DNA of 64,000 bases from the human T2T-CHM13v2.0 reference genome, Homo sapiens. Position numbers and translations under genes: made by a program. The first letter of the stretch is position 1. Every line of letters starts with the position of its first letter. Positions 41,354 to 55,250 of the stretch are shown here, in pieces. Under the pieces are notes generated by a model. That model had not been told where the DNA came from. It saw only the letters and a list, made by a program, of their open reading frames with translations, and searched no databases. The DNA lies in the NCBI RefSeq assembly GCF_009914755.1, contig NC_060928.1; one strand, written 5' to 3'.

Positions 41354-43268
41354 TCATATTTTTCTAACACACAGCTGAAAGGATAAAAAATGTTGGCAAA
41401 AAAAAGTTACTGTGGCTTTGTTGCCTTATTTCCATCTTTTTAACCCCTCGTTTGAAGCTAATAGTATTATTGTATGTACCAGTCTCTTTCCAAAAGCTCC
41501 AGGAATCATGGATTCATGACGTACATATGGACCTGTATGTCATATGGTCTTACACCCTGTAAGACCACTTTATTGCCTCAGCCTTTCCATGATCATTCAA
41601 AATAGATCCTGAAGAATAATAAAATGATTTATCCTCCAAATAAGATGGTAAAATATTGCTTGCAGTCTACTTGTGTTTCCTACATGGTTGAGAGGATAGC
41701 TATTACATCAAAGTTAACATTTTTCCGTTGACATCAGCATTTTAATAGCCATTTATTTATGTCATTTTCAGAATCTTTTAAAGAACAAAAATTAACACTA
41801 TAGGAGATTGTATTTTGTTATTTTCCTGTTTTGTTGTGTTTTATCAATGTATTATAATCTGCGAGTCTAATTTTCATATGAAGGTTTAAAAACTGAGTAC
41901 CTATCAGCTCATTTTAGGAAAATGATACTGCATTTCCTTTAAAAATGCCAATGTTTCAATGCTCATGCATATTACAGATGTTCATTTGGAAACGTCAATA
42001 TGTTATTAACTTGCTAATGGCATCTACATAATGTAATGTGACAATATTTCTTGAATGATTGAATGAATGGATGTGGCAAGGGAAAGTGTGTGTATCTGGA
42101 AGGGCTTGTAATTTGAGTGGGTTTGTTTACCAGTATTGGTAGGAATGGCTCTCTGCAAGGGAATGCACTGAAAATTGTGCTGTGGGATTATCCTTTTCAA
42201 CAGTGATGATAAATAATTTTCAATGCAAATGTTTCACAAAGGAGGCTAATGTTGTTCTATTTGCTGTTTATATTTCACCATTTTGGGCTGCCAAAACTAC
42301 TTGAAGCCTCACAGGATTCTGTTTGTGATAGGCCAATGCAAATTTGATGATCCATCCAAATATACAGAGATGTCGCTTTAATGGTGCCATCATTATTGGA
42401 GCTGTCCTCTACACAGAAATTTTAGCCACTAGTAGTAAATGACAGATGTGTTAATTAAGAGACTGAGGCAAAGCCAAGGTTGATGTTCTAATAAACAGGT
42501 CATTAACTTTGGTAATGACCAATTTGAGAAGATGATTGTTATTACAAACTATATTCCATGAGTTATGAGAGCAACAGTATTACTTTGAAGTACATCTAAT
42601 GGTCAGATGATAATGGGAAGTATTCTAAAACAATGGATATTTCTCATATGTCACCTTGCCTATTTATCACTTTACACATTTGCAAAACGTGATTTTATAT
42701 AAAGCAAAACTCATTAAATGCTTAATTAGATTCAAAAAATAATTGGCCTTTTCTTTGAGAGTCAAGTGAAAAACCTTGTCAATGATAGTTTTAAGACTCT
42801 ACCTAATGTAAACTTGATGCTATATTAGAAACTTTTTCCAGAGTTCACAAATGATGTTTCAATTTGTTGAAGACATGTAAGGGAGATTAGAAGCAGATCA
42901 TAAATATATTGGAAACAAACTTAAAAGTAAATAGATCCTCTCCTTGAACTAACATAAGAATCCCCTCTGCAATATCTATAGTAGATTATTTAAAAATTTT
43001 CCACCTAAAACTCAAACTTCAGAATGTTCTTCCACTTTGGAGAATCCATCATATCTGGAACAGCTGTTTCTGCTGCAAACTTCTCCCTGATAGAGAACTA
43101 ATGTATACAGAAAATGTGAGTAAACTTTATTTCACAAAATCTAAATTTAAAAGTCTAGAAATAGTTTTATGGCTTTTCTAAATCTTCCTTCTTCTAACTA
43201 AACATGCTATGCAGTTGTCCTGAAATTTGCAATTATTTCTCAGGTGACATGGTCTGCAGATCCCTAAT

Positions 43269-43760
43269 TGTGGCAACTACATTTTGTTTTATAGAATAAC
43301 AGGCCTTTAAAACCGTTTTTCTTTGTCTGCTTCTGCTATAAAATCTAGAAAAGCTAAATATCCACTTTCCCACCCAATGTTGCAAGTGGAAGTGACAACT
43401 GTTAGTCATGCTGGACAATGAGATGTAAACAAAAGTCTACAGAGAGTTCCTGGGTAATATGTGCTTCCTTCCAAAGGCTCCATGGTACTGGTTCTCCCAT
43501 TCTTACCTTCTTCAATAAGAACAAGATACCTGCATCTGAAGGTGCTATGCTGCCTGTATAAGAACAAAATCCCATATGTCAAACATGTACATAACCATGG
43601 CATGCTGGAAAGATAGAAAAATCCTAGGTCCTTGAAAATATTATGAAATGGATAAGCCCATGTGAACAACCTCAAAATTTGATAAGATGTGAGCCAAAAA
43701 TCCATATATACTGAAGAGGCTGCACAAAGTTTTAGATTCATTTCATGGAGATTAAGAGAA
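43269..43760 (+). mobile_element. MLT1J/K-like old MaLR LTR
   Basis: ctggacaatgagatgtaaac, gaaagatagaaaaatcctaggtccttga. Confidence 0.55.
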
Positions 43761-44788
43761 TTGAGTAGTTTTTCTTCTTGGCATTTTCTTTGGCTTCTCT
43801 CAATCTTTATTCACTCACAAAAGGAAAAGTTTTCTCCTGTCATAAGCCACAAAGAGCATTCCCATCAAACCATAGGTGGGGTGGCACCTCTATGTAGGTA
43901 TTATGTCCTGCAGGCATCTCCCTTTCTCTCTCTTTTAACCTCACTGTGCCTTTCCCAAGTTGAAGCAATAGTCTTAAAATATTCTCCACTTACATGCTAC
44001 TGAGAATCACCCACTGGGGTCTTTGCACACTTTTCTAAACTTTCGGACTCACATGACCACCGTAGGCAACATGTGGCATCAGTGGGCCCAGAAAGATATA
44101 AAACAGAAACCAACAATTTCGGCCTTGCAGTGCTTGGCATTCCCCTCCAAAGGGCATCCTTGCAGCACCCAGCTGCCAGTTCCAGATGCGTGAGACAATA
44201 TCCTTATGAATTGGGTGCAGGAGCCACCCTTGCTTAAAAGTTTCCCCTAAAGGATCCTTCTGGAAAGAGTTTAAAATGTGAATAGTTGAGCCTTTTAGGA
44301 AAGTTTCCAGAAGCCCATATAGCTCAAACTGTTCTTTTCTACATGAGAAAAATAAGGGACAAAGAGATAAAAATGACTTTCCCAAGAACAGGTTACTTAA
44401 AAGCAGGCACTAGACTAGAACACAGGCCTCCTAACGTCCCAATCTAGTGTTCTAAACAAGATTCTTAATGTTTCTTAAGATTTAGTTAACAATTCTATTG
44501 TTATTTTCACTTTAATTTGGTTGGTCAATTGTTTTTTTTTCTTTTTCCTCTGGAGTGAAAGTCAAAAATATAAACACATTAAATTGACCTCTACATTTAT
44601 AGAAATGTAACCAATAGTTTAACGTAAGAACTCTAGTATTTTAGAATACATAAAAAGGGATGTACAGCTGTTATTAAATAATGTACTAAAATTAAAGAGA
44701 ATGAAGTCACTTATCTGCTTATAGCACTTATTGATTTAAAAAAACTATTTTAAACATATTTTGTTTTTTATTTGTAAAAAAGATATAT

Positions 44789-44828
44789 GATTTATGATTA
44801 TGGGCAAGATTTATGATTATGGGCAAGA
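44789..44828. repeat. Perfect 19-bp tandem duplication
   Basis: gatttatgattatgggcaa x2. Confidence 0.9.
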
Positions 44829-44924
44829 ACTGAAGAGATAATCACAGATATGTATAAGTATCAGTGTAGTATAGTGTAATGAAAAAAAACCCTGGAATTA
44901 TGAATAAGTATAATTAAATTTATT

Positions 44925-45112
44925 ATTGCCTATTGAATGTTTACCATATGCCAAGAGCTATTTGAAAATCTTTATACGTATAAACCAATTTAATCCTCAC
45001 AAGTAGTTAAAATTGTGTCCCTCACTTTATAGATAAAGAAAGGTACATGAAAAAAGGACTAGTTGATCCAATGTCACACAACTAATAATTGGTAGAGATA
45101 AGATTTAAATAG
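44925..45112 (-). mobile_element. MIR
   Basis: tattgaatgtttaccatatgccaag...ttaatcctcacaa...ctttatagataaagaaa...gtcacacaact. Confidence 0.7.
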
Positions 45113-45979
45113 AACGATGCTTTAATTGTCTAAATTTTAACAGTATGAAAAGTATAGTCCTCAAATTCCTACAACACAGTGTCACCGTTGACTCAGACAA
45201 ATAAATGTATCTTAATGAAAATTATTTCTAATTAGATTATTTTAGTCCCACCATTAGAGCTCTGCTTCTGATACACTTCTTATCTATTTAAATGACAAAC
45301 AAGAATAGATGTTAATAACAAATGGGACAGCAGAATGTTGGCAACAAAATTAGAATCATGCTTCCAAGATACTAAAAATATGGTATTTGGTTTATTTTCA
45401 AACAGAATTAGATGTAATTCAATAAAAGTGGCCTCTTCTTATGAAGCCTCCATGGCATATATAAAGCAATACAACAGCAAAAATCCCATATTTAACAGGT
45501 TATATTGTTTATTTTCCTTATTTTTTCTATGTCTACGCAACATCAAATCCATGTTGAGAGTGAAACCATTTCATTAATTAACCAGTTGCTTTTTTGATAT
45601 GATTCCAAAGCATTAGTGTGTCGAACTACTATACTAAGTTGTCCATTTTAAATTAAATTGGCTGAATATTTTGTTTTTATGGAATTTGTGTGTCTATGTG
45701 AAACTTGTCAGTATCACTGGAAAATCCTGGCTAATTGATTCCAAGTATGGAAGATGCTCTTTTGGAAGATATAAAAAATCAATACTGCATAAGATAAAAA
45801 ATCTGCATAAATGTTTATGGTCATATGAAATATGATAATTTCTGAAAGAATAGTGCTACATGCAAAAGAAATTTAAATGAAGTAGAGATTAATTCTGGTT
45901 TGTATTGAAGGTTGGATTTTAAATGCTTTTTGTTAAAAAATATATAACTGAAAATGATTTTGGCTATCCTTACATAAAA

Positions 45980-48480
45980 GTCAAGACTTTCATTGGAAGA
46001 GAAGGAGGAAAAATGAGCCTACATGAAAACACATAGTAAGTGAGGCAGAGTAGTGAAAGATACAGTTAGAGAAATATATTAGTAAAAAATAAGAAATGCT
46101 TATTTGTAAGAGAGTGAAATTATTGGAACTGTCTTATTTGTAGAACTATGCCATATGTATTCTGGTACTTAGTAGATCAGCTGGAAGATCAGATTATTGT
46201 TGCAAATAATCCAAGTAGAAAGTAGCCAGTGATGAGCCATGGTGGTGTCAGAAGAAATAAAAGATTAACATGGTAGGTACCTGTGTGTTTGTGTGAGTGG
46301 TGATAGAAGTGCAGCAGCTATGACAGCTCCTTAGAAAGGATGAATCAATAGGACTTATTAGATATTATGGGGTGGGGAATGTCAGACACACACATAAAAG
46401 TTAACAGTAATATTTGTAGGTCAGCTCTTGGTTTCTGTGGATTATGATGCCATTAATCACAGGCATCAGACATCAGCACGAATTCAGCTTGAATGCATTG
46501 TTTCCTGAGAAATGGTGAGGATTTTTTTAACATAATTGTTGCATCCTGGTAGAGATCTCATATAAGCAATATGAATTATAATTCTAGATGTTTGAAAGGC
46601 AATTAATGCTAAGTAGACACACTTGGAATCATTCTCATAGAAAATAATCTTGAAAAAAAAGAAAATAAACTTGAAAAGATGTTAGTTGCTAAAACTATTA
46701 AGAACACATATTGAGAGGAAACAAAAGAAAAAAATAGAACTTTACATGACATTTGCATTAGGGAATGAAGACAAAAATAATGTGCTTTTGATGAAAGGAA
46801 AAAAGATTATATATGAAAAAAGGAAGGAGCATCAAAAAAACTGTCTGGGGAAATAGAAGGAGTAAAATACATTATCCAGCTCCACCCAGCTCACTAGAGC
46901 TAAGCAGGGTCTCAGATCCTACCTAATCTAAGGAGAACTGATTCTAGAGCAGGGCTCTAATCCCTGTGGGAAACCAAATTGAGCTGAGAAATTATGTTAT
47001 AGAAGGTTCTTAGAAAAGCAAATACAGAACAGAGTGGCAATAAGATATAGTGAAATGAATTGTTGAGCAACAATGAGGATTAAATACTGTCCTGATATAT
47101 AACTATCACCATCTACCAAGAATTGATAGCAAACAGGGATTTTTATTTTGGAGTAAATACGCTATATTAGAAAGTCAAAGAGGCCAGTTGCTGTAGATAC
47201 TATCTGGGGATGATCTGGGTTTAGAATCAGGAAAAATCAATAAGGGGAAACTCAACTGCAATACAATATAGACCATGATAGAAGAAGCACTTTCAATAGA
47301 AGAGGTAGTGGAAGAGATAAAGGACTATGAGGTTGTGATTAAGGAGGAAAGATAAAAGCTTTAAAGATATGGAGTGATCCCAAGTAAGAGCGAGATCTGA
47401 TGGAATTGGCCAAGTTGGTAGGTGGCAGATATGGAGGAAAGACAAGGACCAAAATGTTGAGGACACAGGAAGAAGTCAGACTGGTGAGATTTTAACATCA
47501 ATAGAGAAATCACTAAGGATGATAGCAGAGAATCCGAGTGGGATAGCAATACTTGACTTCTGGTTTCAGAACTCATTGAGGGGTATAACATGAAGGGTTA
47601 AAACAAAAGCTTTGTTAAGATTTATTAACAGATTTGTCTGAACATAGCAAACAGGAGAAAGTGCATACACTGGAAAGGCAATTAGCAATCCATGAAAACT
47701 TTGTACAAGCACATGTGAGAACATAGTCGTATACTCTGACTTGGCACCATCAAGGCACATTATCTTTGTTCAATTCCTTCTTCCTTGCAAAACAAAACAA
47801 AAAGCCCCAAACCCAGCAGTTTAGCTGTTCCAAATCTGTGTTTTAAAATTTCTACCCCATTAACTTTACCTACTTTGTCCCTTCTCCATTTCCCAATTCT
47901 TATTCTTTAAATATGACTAAGAATAAACACTGTAGGCCAGAGGTTAAAAGATGGAAAGAAGTTATTCTAGAGTTAGAGATAATTATGTTGAGAAACAGGA
48001 AAAGGTTTATTCAGGAGACAAGGTGTTGTTTTGTGATGATAGTGAACGAATATATAATCATAAAATAGTTGTAGATTTCAGTAATTTTATCAATGTACTT
48101 TTTGAATGTATGAGTTGAGGCAATTAGGGGAAAGCATGATTCCTTCTGTAGGGGGTGAAGGTTTTGCTCTAAAGCTTGAAGAGAAGTTGAAATCATGGAA
48201 GAAATGTTCAAGTAAAAGGCCAAGGATGCAGGGAATGATTCACCATAGAAATGGGCATCCAAAGAGCACAGTGAAGGGAACTGACAGATGGGCTGATATT
48301 TGGAGTTGGATTTGGAGAAAGATAAAGGCTTGATCAGGCTCAAAGTAGTTGAGATCAGGGAGAAATTAATACTCACAGTGTTTGACCCAGAGCAGTGATC
48401 ACGTATAACCTGGAAAGGGGCTAAGAGTCCAGAGTGGGCCTGAATGATGGCAGAACACTATCAAAGGATGGCCAGAAAGA
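45980..48480 (-). mobile_element. Long, highly decayed L2 body (boundaries approximate)
   Basis: Purine-rich plus strand with antisense L2 motifs (aataatccaagtaga, gaaatcactaaggatgat, gaatgatggcag). Confidence 0.45.
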
Positions 48481-48799
48481 GTAAAATGAAAATCCTAGGA
48501 AACAAACAAAGCCAAACATGACTTTGGAATTATAAGTGAAATAGAAAGACTGAATTTTTTCAAGACCGGGCAAACAATTATGAAATCACTTGTAGTTCAT
48601 TGATTGCATTTGCTAAGGTGTTTTCTTTAGTCTCATTTTCATTTTTACTATTTAGAAAACAGTGGCATTTATTCCATGACTTAATTCTCTATTATATTAA
48701 AAAACTTTGAAAGATATCAAGGATATCATTCATTTGCATAGTACATCCATTATGTAGCCTTTAGTCTATTCTTTGCAAAGAAGAAAAAAGCTTATACAA

Positions 48800-49430
48800 G
48801 TACACATGCACACAAGGCTGGCAAAAATTGAAACACTAAGCATTAGTATATGGAGCATTAGGAATCTTCACACCATACTAGTGAGAAAGTAAATTGTTAT
48901 AACCATTTTGCAAAGGTTTGGCATTATTTTTTAAAGTCAAAGATGTGCAAATCTTAAAATCCAATAATTTGATTGATAAGAATATACCCCCAGAGAAATT
49001 CTTGCAAAGGTGCAGTACACCAGTAGTATAATAGGCAAATAGGCAAATAAATGTTGGTATATTTCCACGATAAAATAAAATATACTTATCACAACATAAA
49101 TGAATCTCAAAACCTAATATTATATATATAAAAGAATATTTCAGGATAATTCCACATACACAAGTAAAATTTGAGAATACATGAAAAGTCCACATTATTG
49201 AGTGAATACATATGTAGAAAGTAAAACTATAAAGAAGAGCAAGAAGATAATTATCACACAATATGGATGGGCATTGTTTCTGGGAAAAGGAGGAAATTGT
49301 GATCGGGGAAAAGTATATACAGAGGCACATGAGGTGCTAAAAATATTCTATTTCCTGTCTTTGTGATTTCACTGGTGATTGCTTTAAAATTATTCTTCAT
49401 TCTCTACATTTTAAAATGTATATTATATAG
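48800..49430 (+). mobile_element. L1ME-like 3' fragment
   Basis: gtaaattgttataaccattttgcaaa, atacccccagagaaattcttgca, atgaatctcaaaa. Confidence 0.65.
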
Positions 49431-49439
49431 TTTAAAAAA

Positions 49440-49545
49440 ATAAAAAAGAGAAACAAGGAGAGAGAGAGTCAAGGAGAAAAGGAGAAAGAAGGAGAGGGAA
49501 GAGAGGAAAAAGAGGAGAGGAAGGGAAGAGAAAAAAGAAATGAAA
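49440..49545. repeat. GA-rich low-complexity tract
   Basis: Polypurine run. Confidence 0.8.
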
Positions 49546-49824
49546 GCAGTCACCCCACAGATCTGAATAAAGCAGATGCCGTCCTGCCTGAAGCATCCTG
49601 AAGTTGTGTGACCACAGTGCAGAAGTAGAATCATTGTAAATGTGAGACAAGAAAGCAAGCAGGAAGTCAGGGTTCTGTTCTAATGCAAGAAGCAGCATGA
49701 GGTCAGAAAAAGCCAAATCGCCTCACATGTTAGTTAGTTTCCATGAATGTTGAAATCTTAATGAACTACAGTGGAGAAAGAGGTTAAGGAGAGCAAATTG
49801 GAACTTAAACTGTGAATATATGTG

Positions 49825-50102
49825 CAGTAGTCCTGTTATCTGTGGTAGACACATTCCAAGGCCCCCCGTGGATGCCTGAAACCTCAGACAGTAATGAACC
49901 CTATATACACTATGTTCTCTCCTATATGTACATATCTATGGTAAAGTTTAATTTATAAGTTAGGTACAATAAGAGATTAACAACAATGATTAATAATAGA
50001 ATAGGATAATTATCACAGTCAATCTGACAACCAAGACAGCTACTGAGCGACTAATGGGTGGGTATCATAGTCAGTGTGGATATGCTGGACAAAGGAATAA
50101 TT
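49825..50102 (-). mobile_element. MER44/Tigger7-family fragment
   Basis: cagtagtcc TIR, gtggatgcctgaaacc, ggatatgctggacaaagg. Confidence 0.8.
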
Positions 50103-50189
50103 AAGACTCAAATTATAGCCCAAATTTCTAAATTAACTTCTTCTTTCTAACTGAAAGTTTCAATAAGTATAATAAGAAGATAATCACTA

Positions 50190-50540
50190 GTAACAAGAAT
50201 TAATGGAGAACTTACTCTATGTCAGAAATATTGCTAAATATTTGCTCCACATCCTTCTTTCATAAAAGAGTAAAAAAATCTCTATGAGATACTTAACTAT
50301 CATTAGTCCATTTAGACCAGGAGATCCAGAGCAAGATAACTATGAGTGATAACTATGTTATAGCCACTGTACTAAGTGTTTTACATTGAACCTTTTCTAA
50401 CCTGTGGTACGTATGGTTCCCATTTTATAGATGGAGAAACTGAGACTAAGCCAGTTACACGTGCTCAATACATATGACTACCAGTCAGTTAGCCTGTGTT
50501 CTAACCCAGGCCGTATGTCTTCAGCACTCAAGCTTGTAAA
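50190..50540 (-). mobile_element. MIR fragments
   Basis: cccattttatagatggagaaactgagact antisense core. Confidence 0.7.
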
Positions 50541-50594
50541 CATTTAGGTGTACTACTTTGTATTCAAAATGAATAAACCAAAGAATATTCTGAA

Positions 50595-50700
50595 TATTTT
50601 TATTTTATTTATATTATTTTATTATATATTATATTTATTTATTATATTAATATAATACATTATATTATTATTTATTTATATTACAATAAAATAAATGTAT
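50595..50700. repeat. AT-rich low-complexity tract
   Basis: (TTA/TA)-type near-pure A/T tract. Confidence 0.8.
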
Positions 50701-50979
50701 ATGGTTTACACTGAGTGATTTACGCCACAGTTTAAACTACTCTGGATAAGTCTACTCTAACATCATCTTTTCAGAATTAATATAAAGAGCTATGCAAAAC
50801 AAAAGTAATAAATTGGTGGGAGACAGTGAAGTTTCTTGAAATGTCTCTTCTTTCTACACTCGGTCATTCTGTCCTGATGCTCCCTCTACATGTCTCAGGA
50901 TGTAGTCTCTATGTTATTATTTGCTCTTATTTTCATGTTTGCTTCTTATGAAGACTGAATTCTGTCTTTATCCATCTTC

Positions 50980-51962
50980 TTTTCTTTCTCTGAACACAAC
51001 TCTGAGAGGTTTCATGTACATCCGTTGCTTCAACATTGACATTTTCAAATTTATAGCTACAACTCCAATTTATCATTTTTCCAAGCTCCCAACCATGGTT
51101 CCAAATGCTTACTAAATATCCACTGGCCCATAGGCCTCTAACAGTTCCATAACTGGAATTGTTCTTTATTCAGCTACAACCTCAACCTGAAAAACCCATT
51201 ACTTCACATTTCCCTTATCTTATTTACATGGCATACACTCAGTTGCTCAAGCCAGAAGACAGAAATCCCTGAGACGTCTGCCTCTTTCTCATACTGACAT
51301 CTAGTTACTAAATTATTTTTTTATTGCTATTTACTTTAAAGTCAAGGTTTCTTTTGGTTCTCTCCCCTCTTCAACGCTGCCCTGTGAGGCCCTCTGGTTT
51401 TTCTTGCTTAGACCATCAGCTGCTCTCTCCACCTTCAGTCTCTCATCTCCATCACTCCCTGCCCCACTATTCCCTGCGTTGTTCTCAGAGAGATGATTCT
51501 AAAACTCAGATCCCATCTCACTTTTCCCCTGGTTAGAATCCTTCTGTAATTCCTGAAGATGAAAGTCCAAAGAGCACCTTCATAATCTGACTTTCACCTG
51601 CCACAAGCCACTCCACGATGAATATCCAGTTGCTTGAACAATCCTCTTTACCCTCTGTGTTGATCTATTTTCCCAACAGGAATCCTTACTGGCTTGTAAG
51701 TCTATACAATGTCTAAACATCCTGTAGGACCCAATTAAAATATTGTCTCTTTCAAAAGATTTTCTTGAAGAGAGCAGAATTAAGCATTTTCTTGTTTTTC
51801 TTCCCACAGTCCTTTATACGAGTCTTTACTGTAGCAAATGGAATTCATTTTTATCTGTCTCTACCACTGGACTCTAAGCTCTGTTTTATTGTCTTATTCC
51901 TGAAATACAAAGGCATTGCCTATAATAGCCTTTAATATTTGTTGGATGTACTGATGAATGAG
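50980..51962 (+). mobile_element. L2 3' region
   Basis: cagttgctcaagccagaa, ctaccactggactctaagctc, aatatttgttggatg. Confidence 0.65.
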
Positions 51963-52434
51963 TATAGAAGTAGAAAATAGAGGAAAAAAGCCATCTAAAC
52001 TTTTGTCTACGGACAGAATTGCATCTCATACTGGAAGTACAGCTTAGTGAAAAACAGAATAACCTCTTAAGCCAAATGTATTAGTTATCTATTACTGCAC
52101 AACAAATTACCACAACCTTAGTGGGTTAAAACAATACACATTTGTTATCATACACTTACTGTAGGTCACGAGTGTAATCATGGCTTACTGTGTCTTCTCT
52201 TTCAGGAACTCTCACAAGGATGCAGTTAATGTGTTGGGCAGGAAAGGGGGCTCAACACTTGCCTGAGGAAGGACCCATTTGTAAATTCATGTGGTTGTTG
52301 GCAGAATTAAGTTCCATGTAGATGTTGGACTAAAGTCCTCAATTCTTTGCTAATTACAGTCCAGAGTCCACCTTTAGTTCTTTGCTGGTTGGACCTCCCA
52401 GACATGGCAACTGACATTATCAAAGTCAGCTAGA

Positions 52435-52640
52435 ACTGAGCCAGGAGGAAGAGAGGTTGGCAAGTATTGAAAAGGTACCTATCGGATACTATGCTCGCTA
52501 CCTGGGTGATGGGTTCCATCCTACTTCAAACCTCAGTATCATGCAATATATCCATGTAACAAACCTGTACATGTGCCCCCTGAATCTAAAACAAAAAATT
52601 GAAATGATTAAAAAGTAAAATACAGATAATAAAGAAACAA
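52435..52640 (+). mobile_element. L1PB3/4-like 3' end
   Basis: ctacctgggtgatggg...atgtgccccctgaatctaaa; perfect TSD aaagtcagctaga (52422-52434, 52641-52653). Confidence 0.9.
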
Positions 52641-52795
52641 AAAGTCAGCTAGAGAGAGTCTGCTAGCAAGACGTAAGTCACAATCTTATGTAATTTAATC
52701 AGGGAAGTGGCATTCCACCACATATGCTAAATTTGGTCAGATGCCAGTTGCTAGGCCAGCTCACCCTCAAGAAACTGAGATTACACAAGGGAATG

Positions 52796-53448
52796 TGTGA
52801 TGGACAGAATTCTAAACATGATCCCCACAAGATTCTCATTCTCCAGTTATTCAATCAAACACTAATCTAGGCACTACTGTGAAGAGACTTCAAAGATGGA
52901 ATTAAAATCACTAATCAGCTGGCATGATTAATAATAGAAAGGTTATCCACCCGGATTATCTGGAGAGGCCCAATCTAATGACATAAACCCTTAAAATCCA
53001 AGCATTTTCTCTGGCTGTTATCAAAGACCTGAGGTAAAAGAGGAAAGCAAAGAAGAGGTGAGGCAGAAGAAGAGGCCAAAAACATTTCACCTGCTAGTGC
53101 TGGCTTTTAAAACTGAGAAAGGGAGCCACGAAATGGGGAATGTAGACAGCCACCGGAAACTCAAAATGACCCTAACCTACAGCCAACAAGGAAACTCGGA
53201 CCTCAGTCCTATAGCCACGGAAACTGAATCCAGCCCACAACTGCAAGGAGCATAGAAATGGTTTCTCCCTTGGAGCCTCCAAAAAGAACATAGCCCTGCT
53301 GACTACTTAATTTCAAACTTATGATGCTCTAAGCAGAGCCACATGATACACACTTTTGTCCCTGCAAAATTATAAGATAATCCATTTGTGCTGTTTAAGC
53401 TGCTGAACTCATGGTAATTTGTTAAGGCATCAATAGAAAACTAACATG
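52796..53448 (+). mobile_element. MLT1E-like MaLR LTR nested in the MLT1F-like LTR
   Basis: tgtgatggacagaattctaa...ttattcaatcaaacactaatctagg...caatagaaaactaaca. Confidence 0.85.
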
Positions 53449-53497
53449 GCCTACATATTGGTAAGATTATTTGGAGCCATCTTAGAGTCTGCTGCTA

Positions 53498-53701
53498 GAC
53501 CAGACTACCTGGGTTTTGAGACTTACTGTATAACCAGAGTAAGCCACTTCTTTGGGCTTCAGCTTTCTCATCTGTAAAATGAAGATAATATAATAGCAGT
53601 ACTTAACTCAGGGTTGGTGTGAAGAATAAGTTAGTTTGTATATGAAGAGAAGAGTAACAGGCAGAATGTAAGTGCTATATTTATTGGTTTTTAGTATTAT
53701 T
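53498..53701 (+). mobile_element. MIR
   Basis: cagactacctgggtt...cagctttctcatctgtaaaatgaagataata. Confidence 0.75.
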
Positions 53702-53769
53702 TCTAGAAAATGATTATTTCTGTTTTTCTTAAAACCTCTAGGTACAGTCATTTTAGAAATAAAAGAGTT

Positions 53770-54159
<390 letters not shown>

Positions 54160-54225
54160 TCATACAGGAAAACATTCCTTATCTGAACAAATCAGGCAAT
54201 AAATGTGCAACAAATCAGACACTAG

Positions 54226-54411
<186 letters not shown>

Positions 54412-55250
54412 TAGATGTGCAGCTCTTGATGGTAATCAGCTAATGACATTCATTAGGGCAAATCAGTAAAAATGCAATCAGATGTTTCATTTACTACTTC
54501 TAAAATTGATTCAGTTCAACCAACATGTTCTCTCAGATGAAAAGCTTAGCATTGAACCAATGCTTTATGTTTTGGATTTATATTTAACTTTCAGATGGTT
54601 TTGATAATTACGCTATAGGAAAAATGTAATATATCTTGCCATCTCCAATTGTTCTCAGGTTATATTGAGTGTCCTCAGCTTCTCCCGCCTGCATTTGGTC
54701 TTTAACATTAGAGGTTTGAAATGTGTTTTAAACTGTTTTTCATGAATTTGTCTTGTCAGCCTGTCATAAATTACTTTCTTTCCTATTTTTCTTTCTGAAT
54801 CTAATTCTTTATTGGACATTATAGCTCATTTCTTAAGGGACTTGAAACAAGGATGAGCAATTAATTTGTGTGGAATTTAAATATTACTCTAGTTGAACTT
54901 GTTTTTTATATTGAACTTTAGTTTGAAACTGATGATTCACACTCAGGGATTTACATTTCTCTGTTGGGAGTAAGTTACATATTATTTTAAGTTGTCTAAA
55001 CTCTTTCAGGTCATTAGATCATTGTTCTGGAGCCATAATTAATATATGGTAACTCTCATCATGGGAGAACTTTTCTCTTCTTGTAATTAATTCTCAGTTA
55101 TTACCCATCCCTTCTTAACTACTCCTTAACAATTGATTTTTGGAAATTATTTTATATAATTTATAGCAAAACGAAATTTCTGTCTTATTTCTTATTTATT
55201 AAAAAGTAAAATAAAATAAAGATAAAGAAACAAAACAGTTGCTAGAGAGA

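Larger units (their letters stand above)
52077..53497 (-). mobile_element. MLT1F-like MaLR LTR hosting two nested insertions
   Basis: tgtattagttatctatt...gtggttgttggcagaatt...ttacacaagg...gccatcttagagtctgc. Confidence 0.8.
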
